50,968 nt of DNA from Polyangiaceae bacterium (GTDB taxonomy: Bacteria > Myxococcota_A > Polyangia > Polyangiales > Polyangiaceae): assembly GCA_033763455.1 (NCBI GenBank), contig JANRKO010000063.1, forward strand, positions 1-50,968, written 5' to 3'. Position 1 is the stretch's first letter. Every line of letters begins with the position of its first letter. The notes beneath the pieces were generated by a model. That model was not told the origin of the DNA, searched no databases, and was given only the letters and a program-made list of their open reading frames with translations. The translations under genes and the position numbers were made by a program. This document shows positions 10,601-20,067 of the stretch, one piece after another.

Positions 10601-11000
10601 GTGCCGCGAAGACAACAACAACGCCTCGAGCGCGGTGGATGCTGGCGCGATGCGCGCGGATCTTGCGATCTTACTTGGTGCAGCCGGTCCCGTCTGTCCG
10701 GACGCCACGGTGGTGCGAACCGTAAGGAATCTTGGCAACAGCGACGCCAGCAACGTTCTGGTTCGTTATTACGCCGGGGATCCTGCCCAAGGTGGCATGG
10801 TGCTCTTCGAGGAGACTCTTCCGATGCTTGCCGCCGGTGCAACGGACATGAAGACGGTGACTATTCCGGGGCTCCCGGGTGCGCGTAGCATCACCATCTA
10901 CGCCGTGGTGGATCCGAATGACACGGTGGTGGAATGCAACAACGCGAACAATCGCGATTCAGCCGATAATCCGGTGATTTGTGAGAGTGTGGTGCGTTAA
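7650..11000 (+). CDS. Large lipoprotein with Cys-rich repeats, FG-GAP/VCBS beta-propeller and C-terminal CARDB domains
   Basis: DDDNGDG, DLNYDGVPEIV, DFDGDGFAEI, DFNGDGAAEA and DVDNDGNAEIV motifs; IWNQQSYHVTNV; PDL...ECREDNN and VVECNNANN. Confidence 0.9.
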   Translation: MRQLFRRALLGALGLGLSGGVMSSGCSSGEKPGPLGSGPDGAIGGAAGSGVTPTSGGASSASGGSGFMIPIDGSGGSSAGSGNVDPCGALNCGPGQACMLSGSTATCVNRECSQLNCASGTHCMPHPMGGNVCAANCTGDVQCPAEQFCDGTSCMPDACTPGTSVCQGNQVLECPSNGSANQAKASCGSGAYFTSQCAAAGGSASCSCEDDWDCPAYTTCEVGACVGTGKAPTCTLPPLPFGSTPPAVELHWGGDGRADLVGHDGTPGRAVPPWGSFNQVISTPIVANLDDDNGDGLINERDFPEILFTSHKGDHPWDNGVVRAVHGGGARKGADYFARCGTKVWQESANCQPGAGGTGGTGGVCDPLANIPTCGDNDPDGDSGAPVAVGDLNYDGVPEIVYGTDSNKFNILDNEGNLLYALQVAWTPSESGETISIVNLDFAGFAEIIVGRAVYVLGNDAQGKLIVTHKLSGGRTTGTNQVSAMTCAADLRADKSGMEFVAGTALYRMPDTLPACQTPPCSVNLELVWDASAVNVDGNNAPILTGDKADGFCAVADVWGANVGVAPGPLNPPDGKPEVVLISDGYLMILDSQTGQIIDRRNLNGGARGGAPNVDDFDGDGFAEIGSALQDFFVVVDLQEPTAANGACAAWPTTIARATQQNGSHNSNPARNPGGGVNHACTQNSDCAAGAFCNVGRGECSCYHNGWQRDSDDDSSRATSSSVFDFNGDGAAEALYNDECDFRVYDGSNGEILYSELSRSRTGIENPVVADVDNDGNAEIVTGMNTAEPNRCDDDPGGIPLGPQGIRVWGDPSDTWVSARRIWNQQSYHVTNVTEGGQIPLHAPESWKPLNGRLYNTYRSQPRSFGSAPDLTVTGLGVSSPDVACGTLSDTLLIAFEVKNAGDLRVGPGVVVSFSGEWNQVSEALKNEQGQPLTFTLNTSLEPGASVVLNVTYKQASNGHGSLPSRITVTVDSSPGMPAGTERECREDNNNASSAVDAGAMRADLAILLGAAGPVCPDATVVRTVRNLGNSDASNVLVRYYAGDPAQGGMVLFEETLPMLAAGATDMKTVTIPGLPGARSITIYAVVDPNDTVVECNNANNRDSADNPVICESVVR

Positions 11001-12013
11001 GGCACGGCGCTGGGGGGCGCCTCATCGGGTGGTGCGTGAACTTGCTGAAGCACCACACGCGTTCCGCCTTCGTGCCACGCCGCAATGGCCCCGCCGCCAA
11101 CTTGAAGCACCACGGTGGTGAGGTGCGCGGCGATGGTGACGGCTAGCGCATCTTCGGTGGAAACGGACCACGGTGCCAACGCTAGCACTCCCACCGCGTG
11201 GTACACGCCCACGGCTGCCGGTGCGGAAGGGATGGCACTGCCAAGATTGGTGGCGACCATAAGCACGACTCCAGCCGTGAAGGGCAGCCCCAAATGAAAC
11301 GCGCTAACGCACGCGATGACCCCCGCGGCCGCGAGGCCCCATTGCACGAGGCTCAACGAAAAGGCCACAAGAAGGGCTCGACCGTTGCGAACCAAAGACA
11401 GAGCCTGGAACGTCGGCACGAGAATTCGTCGGAGCCCTATGCGGTTGATCAAAGGAGACTGATCTGCCCACAACTGCAAGGCACTGCCCTGGGCTGACTG
11501 CCAGGCTACGAAACCAACGAAAAGTGTTCCCCCCAAACAAACCCACGAAAATATCGTAAGGCCCGTCTTGAGAGCTCCGGGGGCTTGAATTGTGGGCAAT
11601 ACCACGGCACCCATTACGACAATTGTTGCCACGTCGAGCAGGCGTTCCACGACCATGCTCGTCACCGCGAGGGCAAAATGCCCACCAGTGGCGCGCCGTA
11701 AAAGAACAGGGCGCAAGATGTCGCCAGCACGCAGGGGAAGCACCACATTGGCGAAATGCCCCACGAGCAACAAGCTGAGCAGCTTCCGAAACGGCACCTG
11801 TACTTGCGTGGAGAGCAATACTTGCCAACGAAAGACGGCCACGCTGTAAGCAAGAGCCGTGAAGCCCACGCCCACGAGTAAGCTCGACGCCGAGGCGCGT
11901 GCAAAGGCCGCTCGGGTGAGCTGCCAATCTAGCTTGTAGAGGAGTGCTGCGAGCGCCAGGCAGGATATGCCGAGCCCCAAGAATCGCATGGCCCAGGCTC
12001 GTTTTTGCTTCAT
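10997..12013 (-). CDS. Lysylphosphatidylglycerol synthase TM / flippase-like membrane protein
   Basis: RWQVLL, GHFANVVLPLRAGDILR, VVERLLD and PSAPAAVGVYH motifs; ATG overlaps the asnB stop (ATGA). Confidence 0.85.
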   Translation of the reverse strand: MKQKRAWAMRFLGLGISCLALAALLYKLDWQLTRAAFARASASSLLVGVGFTALAYSVAVFRWQVLLSTQVQVPFRKLLSLLLVGHFANVVLPLRAGDILRPVLLRRATGGHFALAVTSMVVERLLDVATIVVMGAVVLPTIQAPGALKTGLTIFSWVCLGGTLFVGFVAWQSAQGSALQLWADQSPLINRIGLRRILVPTFQALSLVRNGRALLVAFSLSLVQWGLAAAGVIACVSAFHLGLPFTAGVVLMVATNLGSAIPSAPAAVGVYHAVGVLALAPWSVSTEDALAVTIAAHLTTVVLQVGGGAIAAWHEGGTRVVLQQVHAPPDEAPPSAVP

Positions 12014-13935
12014 GGCTGAAAAGCAGGCAGACGAATTTCCCGCAGATCTGCTGTGGACCCGACGAGCCTTGGCGGGTGCTGGATCCGCAAGCGGTGCCAG
12101 GTAACCAGCACCATGAGCCCCCAGAGCTCCCAACCGATTTGCTTCTCGCCTGAAAGGTGACGGTTCTTTTGCGCTATCACCTGAGTAGCGTCCAAAAACC
12201 CGAGGTGCGAGAGGCTCGGGGGGCTCAACAAATCTTCGAGCTCTGCACGCAACGGGCCTCTCAGCCAGCGGTGAATGGGAATGCTAAACCCCTGCTTTTT
12301 GGCGTAAGCCACACGCGCACCTAGGCGTTGTTCGGCGAGCTTGCGTAACAACCGCTTGGGGTGCCCCGTGAGCCCCACCTTCAGGTTATCGGGTAGGGCG
12401 AGACCAAAGCGTGCAACCTCGGGAGAAAGCAGGGGTGCTCGAGCCTCCAGGCCGTGTGCCATCGTCATGCGATCTACCTTGGAGAGAATGTCGTTTGGTA
12501 GGTATTCGAGCACATCCGCCTTCTGGAGATCCAGCAGAGTGGTGTGTTCCCCGAGGCCCAAGCGCTCTGCCATTCTGCGAATTACTTCCGGGTGCGGCGC
12601 GGTTTGGAGTGCAGCGGCTTGGCTCGGCAAGAACGTGCCATTCCAGGAGAAATGGGCCTCACAGGGGGCGAGGGTGGCCGCCCGGAGCAGTCGCATGAGC
12701 TTGTAGCTCGTGGAAACCTTGCCGTCGCTCACAGGTAAGTGTTGAGAAGTGGCTGCCAATATAGCCCGCAGCGGTCGCGGCAGCCGACAGATCAGCTCTT
12801 GATGAAGGAGCGTAGCCTTGTAGGTTAGGTACCCTCCGAACATTTCGTCACCTCCGTCACCCGTAATCACCACTTTGTAGTTGGCGCTTGCGGCACCCGC
12901 GAGAGTGTACACGGGTAGGGCCGATGAATCGGCCAAAGGATCGTCAGCGTGGGAAACTAATGTCTCAACATCGGAAAGGTTGTCCGCAGAGAGGCGCACG
13001 CTGTGCAGCTTGAGCCCAAGCCTATCAGCGACATGTTGCGCGCCGGCGAGTTCGCTGTATCCGGGCTCTTCGAAATCCAGGCAGTAGGCCTCAGTCAGCT
13101 TTCCTTGGCGGCAGGCGCTTTCGGCGACGAGCGAAGAATCTATGCCTCCTGAAAGGAAAAGCCCGACGGGAACATCGCTTCGCAGAGCGATACGTACGGC
13201 AGCATCTAGCTTTGGACCCAACTGTTCGAGTGCAGAGCCTTCAGTGAGCCGGGCTTCTGGGCGGGCGGGAAGCTCAAAATAGCGCCACTCTTTGGGCCCG
13301 TTCTTAGAATACAACCGGGCCGTGCCTGGGAGCAAACGCCGGATGCTTCTCACCAAGGTTTCTGACCCGGGTGCGTAGTTGAGGCAGAGGAAACCTGCGA
13401 GCGCTTCCCCCGAAATCTCTCGCGATTGACCCGAGAGTGACACCAATGCCGATAGCTCGGAACCAAACGTGACCGAGTTGCCCTGTTCCCAAAGGAAGAG
13501 CGGCTTCTCCCCGAATGGGTCACGCGCCACAAATAGAGTCTTTTCTTGTCTGTCCGCGATCCCGAAGGCGAACATGCCTGACAGGTGCCGCGGCAGATCT
13601 GTTCCGAACTCCCGATACCCGTGCAAGAGCACTTCTGTATCCGAGTGTGTGGTAAAGCGTGCTCCTAGTCGCTCAAGCTCCACGCGGAGCTCGACGAAGT
13701 TGTAGATCTCCCCGTTGAAAACGACCACGTAGCGTCCGTCGGCCGAGCCCATCGGTTGTGAACCGGATTCGAGATCGATAATCGAAAGCCGACGGTGACC
13801 GAAGAAGTAGTGCTGGTCCGTCCAATAAGTGCCGTCGTCCGGACCTCGGTGGCGCAACAGATTTGTAGCCGCGACCAACTCGTTCCGATCGCCTAGTTCA
13901 GCGGTAGGTGAGAAGCGTCCAAAAATTCCGCACAT
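12010..13935 (-). CDS. asnB: Asparagine synthase (glutamine-hydrolysing) family amidotransferase
   Basis: MCGIFG N-terminus, HRGPD, RLSIID, FNGEIYN, LSGGIDSS, GDGGDEMFGGY, KVDRMTMAHGLEARAP. Confidence 0.95.
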   Translation of the reverse strand: MCGIFGRFSPTAELGDRNELVAATNLLRHRGPDDGTYWTDQHYFFGHRRLSIIDLESGSQPMGSADGRYVVVFNGEIYNFVELRVELERLGARFTTHSDTEVLLHGYREFGTDLPRHLSGMFAFGIADRQEKTLFVARDPFGEKPLFLWEQGNSVTFGSELSALVSLSGQSREISGEALAGFLCLNYAPGSETLVRSIRRLLPGTARLYSKNGPKEWRYFELPARPEARLTEGSALEQLGPKLDAAVRIALRSDVPVGLFLSGGIDSSLVAESACRQGKLTEAYCLDFEEPGYSELAGAQHVADRLGLKLHSVRLSADNLSDVETLVSHADDPLADSSALPVYTLAGAASANYKVVITGDGGDEMFGGYLTYKATLLHQELICRLPRPLRAILAATSQHLPVSDGKVSTSYKLMRLLRAATLAPCEAHFSWNGTFLPSQAAALQTAPHPEVIRRMAERLGLGEHTTLLDLQKADVLEYLPNDILSKVDRMTMAHGLEARAPLLSPEVARFGLALPDNLKVGLTGHPKRLLRKLAEQRLGARVAYAKKQGFSIPIHRWLRGPLRAELEDLLSPPSLSHLGFLDATQVIAQKNRHLSGEKQIGWELWGLMVLVTWHRLRIQHPPRLVGSTADLREIRLPAFQP

Positions 13936-13938
13936 GGA

Positions 13939-14805
13939 TCAATGCGCGTGGGTGGGCTTCACAAACTTGAGCACGAAACGGTCGCTTTTGCCGCGTTTTT
14001 CACCGGCAGCCATCGGTGAATCGTTCCAATCCCGTGTGTCCTCAGGATTCTGCAGGAAGGTTGCCCGCCCTTCAAGGGCGAAACCTGCTGCCTCCACTTC
14101 TTTGACAACTAGGCTTTCTTCAATGCGGTGGAGCGTTTGCGCAACAGTATCGGCGTCGCCCGGCCGTGCACTGTGGTCTACGATGCCATAAACACCTCCC
14201 GGCTTGAGTGCTGAAAATATCGCTCGATTCATCGCAGCGCGGTCGGTCTTCAGCCAAACGGTGTCGTGATAGAAGAGAACCATCAGAACGGCATCCAGCT
14301 CTTTTACGTCGGGAGGAAAGGGCGCCTCGAACTCTGAATCAAGCCGGATAGCACCCTTCATCACGGGCTTTGCGAGCCGCTCACTCCAGGGCTTTTCCGC
14401 GAACCGTTCGAGGATGAACTTGTTGTTTTGACCGTAGAAGGTTCCCGTAGAGCCCACCGTGCGCGCCAAGAGTTCCGACGTGTAGCCACCGCCAGCAGCT
14501 AGCTCGGCGACGCGCATGCCCGGTGCAATCCCGAAGAATGCCAATACCTCGCCGGGCTTACGCTGCGCATCTAGGATTCGATCCTCGGGGCTGCGATCGG
14601 ATGCGGCGACGACGCTTTCGATGTAGGCCGGGATGGTGGGGGTGGCACCTGAGGTGGCGCTCCCGGCAGAGCTCGTTGAAGGCGTAGCGGAGGGTGCTAG
14701 CGGCGTACCCGATGCTGGAGCCTGTGGCGGAGCCTTCGGGGCGCAGGCCGAGGCTAGGAGGAAGTTGAGGGCGATGAGCTGGGGTAGAAGCCGCGTGCGA
14801 AACAT
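13939..14805 (-). CDS. SAM-dependent methyltransferase lipoprotein (COG4798-like)
   Basis: D..RKPGEVLAFFGIAPGMRVAELAAGGGYT, LKPGGVYGIVDH, NPED and DRFVLKFVKP; lipobox ASAC. Confidence 0.88.
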   Translation of the reverse strand: MFRTRLLPQLIALNFLLASACAPKAPPQAPASGTPLAPSATPSTSSAGSATSGATPTIPAYIESVVAASDRSPEDRILDAQRKPGEVLAFFGIAPGMRVAELAAGGGYTSELLARTVGSTGTFYGQNNKFILERFAEKPWSERLAKPVMKGAIRLDSEFEAPFPPDVKELDAVLMVLFYHDTVWLKTDRAAMNRAIFSALKPGGVYGIVDHSARPGDADTVAQTLHRIEESLVVKEVEAAGFALEGRATFLQNPEDTRDWNDSPMAAGEKRGKSDRFVLKFVKPTHAH

Positions 14806-14820
14806 GGGGCTGCTTATCCC

Positions 14821-16104
14821 TCAAAACTCGCTCAAGGAGTGCAAATACAGCGGGGGCTCCACGTTGAAGCTAAAATACTGGTCTTTGGCGTACGAGTAGA
14901 GCTTGAGTGAGGGTGAATACGTCTTCATGCGCAACGTCTTGCCGTCCGGCAAGATTTCCAAGAGCCGGAGGTAGCCCAAACCACCCTCGTCCAGCATCTG
15001 ATAGTTGGCGAGTACCTGGTGAACGGTGTTCCCGGCGTCACCACGACTTTCAACAAACCCAGTGCCATTTTTGAGCACATGGCCATTTACAACCATGAAG
15101 ACATTCTTGTTGCGACGAATGAGAGCATTCCACAGCATCTCGCCGTCGTGGTTGCCGTCCTTTTTCAGCACGCCCTGAGCCGTTCCGTATTCAAGTGGGT
15201 TCCACTTTTGCGTGGCGCCCTTTTTAGCAAAATCATAGCGGGTGCTATCGCTGTAGAGATAAGCGTGTGTTGCCACGATGACACGATGATCTCGGTGTTT
15301 GGCCAAAACCTGGTTGGCCCATTCCACTGTCTTTCGGCGGGGGCTCCATTCAAGCATCAGCACACCGAGTTGAAAGGCTCCTGCGTTTACCGAATAGAAC
15401 GCGTTGTCGATGGTGCCCGGTTCCATCACTTCTCGGAGTGCTCCAGATTTTCTGGCCCAGGTTTCGTCAAAGTATTGCGAAAGTAGAGAGTCGCGTGCAT
15501 TGGCCGTGCCGCGCACGCCTAGATCATGGTTGCCTGTCGTAAGAAACAGCGGGAAGCCGTCGGACACTTTCGCCAAGGATTGTTTGAAGAAGCTCCATTC
15601 CTCTGGCGAATTGTGGTCCGTCAAGTCTCCGAGCGTGATGGCTGCTTGGATGTTTCGAGCCTTCTGCGCGCTGGATAAAAACTCGCTTTGGTTTTTGAGG
15701 TGCGGGTACTTGCAGGCCGCGTAATATTGAGTGTCTGGCAGGAGTGCCAAAGTGATCGTCCCTGGTGCGAATGGCGGGCGCTCTTCCGCGGCAGTATCGC
15801 CCAGCGTACGGGGCCAATCGGGTTCACGGATATCTTCGGGCAGCCCGCACGTTGGTTTCCTTGTTGCGGCGTGCTCGGCCTCACGTGGGGGCAAATGTGG
15901 CGCAGTGGGGCCAGCACTGCCTGGCGTCGGGTTCACGTCTGCTCGCGCGTGCGGAGCGGGGGGAGCAGGGGCAGCTGACGCAGCGGGAGGGTGGCGTGTG
16001 AGCTGCTGGGACGGCGTGGAGATCGCAGGTGCGCACGCAGGGGCAATTCCGCATACGAAGGCGAGGTAGAGTAGGTGGCGTGAGGGGGTCCCTGATTTCG
16101 ACAT
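14821..16104 (-). CDS. Calcineurin-like metallophosphoesterase (lipoprotein)
   Basis: PDTQ, LGDL, GNHD, THAYL and NGHV motifs; lipobox APAC. Confidence 0.88.
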   Translation of the reverse strand: MSKSGTPSRHLLYLAFVCGIAPACAPAISTPSQQLTRHPPAASAAPAPPAPHARADVNPTPGSAGPTAPHLPPREAEHAATRKPTCGLPEDIREPDWPRTLGDTAAEERPPFAPGTITLALLPDTQYYAACKYPHLKNQSEFLSSAQKARNIQAAITLGDLTDHNSPEEWSFFKQSLAKVSDGFPLFLTTGNHDLGVRGTANARDSLLSQYFDETWARKSGALREVMEPGTIDNAFYSVNAGAFQLGVLMLEWSPRRKTVEWANQVLAKHRDHRVIVATHAYLYSDSTRYDFAKKGATQKWNPLEYGTAQGVLKKDGNHDGEMLWNALIRRNKNVFMVVNGHVLKNGTGFVESRGDAGNTVHQVLANYQMLDEGGLGYLRLLEILPDGKTLRMKTYSPSLKLYSYAKDQYFSFNVEPPLYLHSLSEF

Positions 16105-16127
16105 AGGGGGAGCTTCAACAAGGTGAG

Positions 16128-17615
16128 CTAAAACGTTCCCCGCACACCCGCGCCCCAGTTGCCGGGGCTGGCCCAGGCTACCGGAGAGGCGGTGACTCCA
16201 CCGAAGACATCGCTTTCGGGCTTGGGTTCGTAGCGATTCGGATCATCGTTGCTGAGCAATAGGAAGGCTCCGAGCCCGGTGATGGCAGCACCTGTGCCGA
16301 GGCCAATCCAGCCGAATTTCGTGCGAGCTTGCGCATCCTGCACGTGGCCTAGCGCCAGGTTTACCTCAGTAATGCAAACGTCCTGGGAGACATCCATGCG
16401 GTCCCGGCAATTGCCACGCGCGGCGATCGCATCAAACTTATCCTGTGCATCATTCTCCTCCGCGTTATTCCACACCAGAAACCCGGTGCTCCCAGCCATG
16501 AATGCAGCACCCGCTCCAACTGAGACCCAACCCCACGTGCGTTGGGAGTTCGTCTTGTCGGCGTAAGCTGCGCGATATTCGGTGGTCGGCTGTAGCTCCA
16601 CATTTAGCCGAGTTGGCATGCCCGCGGGAACCACAATGGTGCGTTCGTAAGGGAAGAAATTGGCGCGTTCGACGCGCAGGCGGTGCGAGCCTTTTGGAAG
16701 CTGAAGCGCTGAACGGTAAGTACCTTGTGGGCGACCATCCACGAAGATGACGGCTTGGTCCTCCGAGATAGCGAGCTCAAGAAAGCCAGAATTGGCTCCC
16801 AGCGCCCCCTGATCCACTTGCAGATCAAAGCTCAAGCGCCCGTTCGCGCCGTCACCCAGGGTAACTACTTGGGATTGCTTTACATAGCCGTCGCGGCTGA
16901 GTTCAATGGTGTGTTGGCCGGGTGGCAACGCGAGTGATGCGGCAAGTGGCGTTTCGCCGACCACTTCGCCGTTTACCCTTACGGTGGCTGCACCAAGCGT
17001 AGACTGCACTTCCAAGTGAGCGAGCCGCCCTTCGAGGGGCCGGAGCGCCGCGGCCACTTCCACCGTACTTTTCCCCGCGACGGTTACCTGCTGACGAAGC
17101 GGGTAAAATCCGGGTAAAATCACCGATACGACATGGTTGCCACTTGGCACTGCGATCGGCTTATCCACCGGGGTGGTAGCCACCTGAATATTGTCGATTT
17201 CGACCGTTGCATCTTTGTGTTCGGTCGTGATGTGAATGAACCCAATTAGCGCAAGCTGTTCGGCCAAGATTGTCCGCGCGCGCGTCAGGCGTTCGGCGTC
17301 TAGCTGCCCAGGGTTCGCGAGCAGCTTGTTGAGGGAATCAACCGCTTGAACGGGGGAGCGCATCGATTGCTGCACCAAGGCGATGTTGAAAAGAACGAGC
17401 GGGTGCTGCGTAACTTCGTAGGCGCGTTCGAATTCAGCAAGGGCTCCGGTGGTGTCTCCGGTATTGAACAAGCGGAGCCCGCGGTCGAAGCGTTCACGTG
17501 CTTCCTGCTTTGCTCTATCCGTATCTTGGGCGTGCGCTGAGCCGGCGAGGCCGCCGACGGCGAGGGCAATACAGAGGGATGATACGGCGAAACGTTGGGA
17601 AAGCTGACGGATCAT
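16128..17615 (-). CDS. PEGA domain protein with N-terminal TPR-like helices
   Basis: ARERFDRG..F..GD..GALAEFERAY; three PEGA-like repeats (V.VNG...G.TP, G.H.....GY); C-terminal TM pair; coupled to the kinase. Confidence 0.9.
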   Translation of the reverse strand: MIRQLSQRFAVSSLCIALAVGGLAGSAHAQDTDRAKQEARERFDRGLRLFNTGDTTGALAEFERAYEVTQHPLVLFNIALVQQSMRSPVQAVDSLNKLLANPGQLDAERLTRARTILAEQLALIGFIHITTEHKDATVEIDNIQVATTPVDKPIAVPSGNHVVSVILPGFYPLRQQVTVAGKSTVEVAAALRPLEGRLAHLEVQSTLGAATVRVNGEVVGETPLAASLALPPGQHTIELSRDGYVKQSQVVTLGDGANGRLSFDLQVDQGALGANSGFLELAISEDQAVIFVDGRPQGTYRSALQLPKGSHRLRVERANFFPYERTIVVPAGMPTRLNVELQPTTEYRAAYADKTNSQRTWGWVSVGAGAAFMAGSTGFLVWNNAEENDAQDKFDAIAARGNCRDRMDVSQDVCITEVNLALGHVQDAQARTKFGWIGLGTGAAITGLGAFLLLSNDDPNRYEPKPESDVFGGVTASPVAWASPGNWGAGVRGTF

Positions 17616-19069
17616 TTGAATGGGTTGTCGGTCGCGAGCCCTTCGCTACGGGCGCGTGTAGAGGGGGTGGTGACGCTAGGCTTGACGGGCTGTTTCGATA
17701 CTCTTGGCTGTTGAGGTACTCCCGCATCGGCCGTTGGTGCACTCCCTGTTGCAGGGGCGGAGGGGATGGCTTGTGCAGGGGGAGGTGCGGGCTTTTCCTC
17801 GGTAGGTTGTGGAGCGGTGGCAGCTTTTGGAGCCAGGGTGGATTCAGGGGCAACCCCCGCGTCCACGCCCGCGTCTGTGGAAGGACTTAGTGCGCGGTTA
17901 ACTAAAAGTGCTAATGAAATAGCGGCGACCGCAGCACCCCCACCGATCATCAGCCAGCGGGAGCCACCGCTCTTTGTGGGCGGGCGTGAATCAAGGCCCA
18001 CGCCTCCTGTGGTTCCGGCCGCGCGCTGAGTATGAGCGCGCGCTGCGCGCTCAGGCTGGGCTTGCAGCGTGCCCGCACTGGTAGACGGCCCATCCTGCCG
18101 AAGAGCGCTTGGGCCAAAAGGCGAGGTGCCAACGCCACCGGGCGGCAGGCTGCTGGGGAATGCTATAGTTGCGTCAGATACCGCCCACTGACCGGTTTGA
18201 AGGCGACGCAGCGCCTCGGAAAATTCGCGCACTGTCGCGAAGCGGTGGTCGCGATCAACAGCCATTGCTTTGGCCACCAATTCATCCACTTCGTGCGGTA
18301 AATCGCGCCGCACCTGCGAAGGCAGCGCATATTTCCCTTCGTGGATCCGCACCGAGAGCTCCATCAACGTTTCGCCATCGAAAGGCTTCACATTGGTGAG
18401 CAGCTCGTACAGAACCACGCCGAGCGCGTAGACATCCGTGCGGGCGTCTATCTGTTTGTCACCCCGAACTTGCTCAGCGGACATGTAATACGGCGTTCCG
18501 AGCGCGCTGCCCTCCACCGTGAGTGATTCCACCGCACCGAGCGAACTCGGATCGAACTTGGAAATCCCAAAATCCAGAATTTTTATGAAGACCTTGTCCC
18601 CGCGCAAAAGGAACAAATTTTCAGGCTTCAGATCTCGATGAATGATGCCGGCATCGTGGGCAGCCTGAATCCCATCGCACGCCTGGTGCACAATCTCGGC
18701 GGCTTCGTGGAAGGGGAGCGGCCCGCGTTTACGCAGCAGGCTATCAACGGGGATCCCGTCGAGATACTCCATCACGATGTAAGGCTCACCGGTGGCTAGG
18801 TGGCCGGCATCGAAGGTTTCAATGATGTGCGGGCTGCCGATGCGACCAGCCGCTGATGCCTCGCGCAGGAAGCGCGCGACCACGGATGGCATTGATGCGT
18901 ATTGCGCGTGCAGCATCTTTACGGCGCGCCGATGTTTGGTGAGCTCGTGCTCCACTTCATACACGGCGCCCATTCCGCCTTCGCCAATCAGGCGAATCAC
19001 CCGGAGCTTGCCGGCAAGCAGGGTGCCTGGAGCGATACTGGTAACTTCGGTCACGAGGGTGTCGAGCAT
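17612..19069 (-). CDS. Hanks-type Ser/Thr protein kinase, membrane anchored
   Basis: IGEGGMGAVY, AVK, HRDLKPEN, DFG, GTPYYMSAEQ, DVYALG; TM helix and Pro-rich tail. Confidence 0.97.
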   Translation of the reverse strand: MLDTLVTEVTSIAPGTLLAGKLRVIRLIGEGGMGAVYEVEHELTKHRRAVKMLHAQYASMPSVVARFLREASAAGRIGSPHIIETFDAGHLATGEPYIVMEYLDGIPVDSLLRKRGPLPFHEAAEIVHQACDGIQAAHDAGIIHRDLKPENLFLLRGDKVFIKILDFGISKFDPSSLGAVESLTVEGSALGTPYYMSAEQVRGDKQIDARTDVYALGVVLYELLTNVKPFDGETLMELSVRIHEGKYALPSQVRRDLPHEVDELVAKAMAVDRDHRFATVREFSEALRRLQTGQWAVSDATIAFPSSLPPGGVGTSPFGPSALRQDGPSTSAGTLQAQPERAARAHTQRAAGTTGGVGLDSRPPTKSGGSRWLMIGGGAAVAAISLALLVNRALSPSTDAGVDAGVAPESTLAPKAATAPQPTEEKPAPPPAQAIPSAPATGSAPTADAGVPQQPRVSKQPVKPSVTTPSTRARSEGLATDNPFK

Positions 19070-19161
19070 AGCTCGGGTTTGTGCAATGAAAAACAGGGGT
19101 TGCGGCAGATGACGGAGGGTGAGCTTGCGTTCGGGCCCGATCCACTTCAGCCTGGTGCGGC

Positions 19162-20046
19162 ATGCGGCGGACGGGTTTGGCGGTGCTTCTCACCTTTTTG
19201 GTAGGTTGTTCACGCCCGGTAGCGCCCGCGCCAAACGGCCGAACATTACTCGATCGCCTGATCCCAAGTGCTCTCGGGGCGGCGGTGAATAACGCGCAGC
19301 CTCGCGGAGTAGACAGGCCTACTGTAAGAGCAAAGGTCGTGCAGCTGGAGGCGGTAACCGTAAATTCTCTGGAAATACCGCTGGACAACGTCTCTGATGC
19401 CCAGCTGCGGCAGCTCGCTGCGCAAGATCTACCAGGGGTGGGGTCAGTATCGCTTGGGCGGCCGAATCGTGGTCGCCTGCGAAATGCCGTGGCCCTACCG
19501 GATCGCCCTTTTTGGCGCATCCTCAATCCCAAACGCAGCTGGGCGACCGAGGAAACAGCGCAGGGCTTGGAAGCTGCTGTTCAACGCGTGTGGGCGTCGG
19601 AGCCAGGCACTCCTGCCCTCTTTATAGGCGATTTGAGCGGAAGTAAGGGCGGCTATGTTCGCCCGCACCGGAGCCACCAGTCCGGCCGAGATGCTGACGT
19701 TGGCTATTACTACCTTAGTGACCATAAGTGGTACACCAAGGCCAACGCCGAGAACCTTGATTGCCGGCGCACTTGGCTGCTCCTCAAGGCGTTCATGAGC
19801 GAGGCCGATGTCGAACTTGTGTTCATGGATCGGTCGGTTCAGGAGCTCCTGCGGGCCCATGCTCTCCAGGCGGGGGAAGATCCGGCATTCCTGGAAACCG
19901 TGTTCCAGCGGTCGAAGCGCGATGAAACCGTGGTCCGGCACGAATATGGCCACCTTACCCACTTTCACGTGAGGTTTTACAGCAGCCGGGCAACCCGAGG
20001 GTTCGAGAAGATGCGCGAGAGGCTCGGACCGCGCTTGCGGTTTTAG
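19162..20046 (+). CDS. mepA: Penicillin-insensitive murein endopeptidase (MepA/M74 family) lipoprotein
   Basis: G.PNRGRL.NA..L, IGDLS..GG...HRSHQSGRDAD and H..HFHVR; lipobox LVGC. Confidence 0.85.
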   Translation: MRRTGLAVLLTFLVGCSRPVAPAPNGRTLLDRLIPSALGAAVNNAQPRGVDRPTVRAKVVQLEAVTVNSLEIPLDNVSDAQLRQLAAQDLPGVGSVSLGRPNRGRLRNAVALPDRPFWRILNPKRSWATEETAQGLEAAVQRVWASEPGTPALFIGDLSGSKGGYVRPHRSHQSGRDADVGYYYLSDHKWYTKANAENLDCRRTWLLLKAFMSEADVELVFMDRSVQELLRAHALQAGEDPAFLETVFQRSKRDETVVRHEYGHLTHFHVRFYSSRATRGFEKMRERLGPRLRF

Positions 20047-20067
20047 CACTTTGAATGCTGGCCTCGG

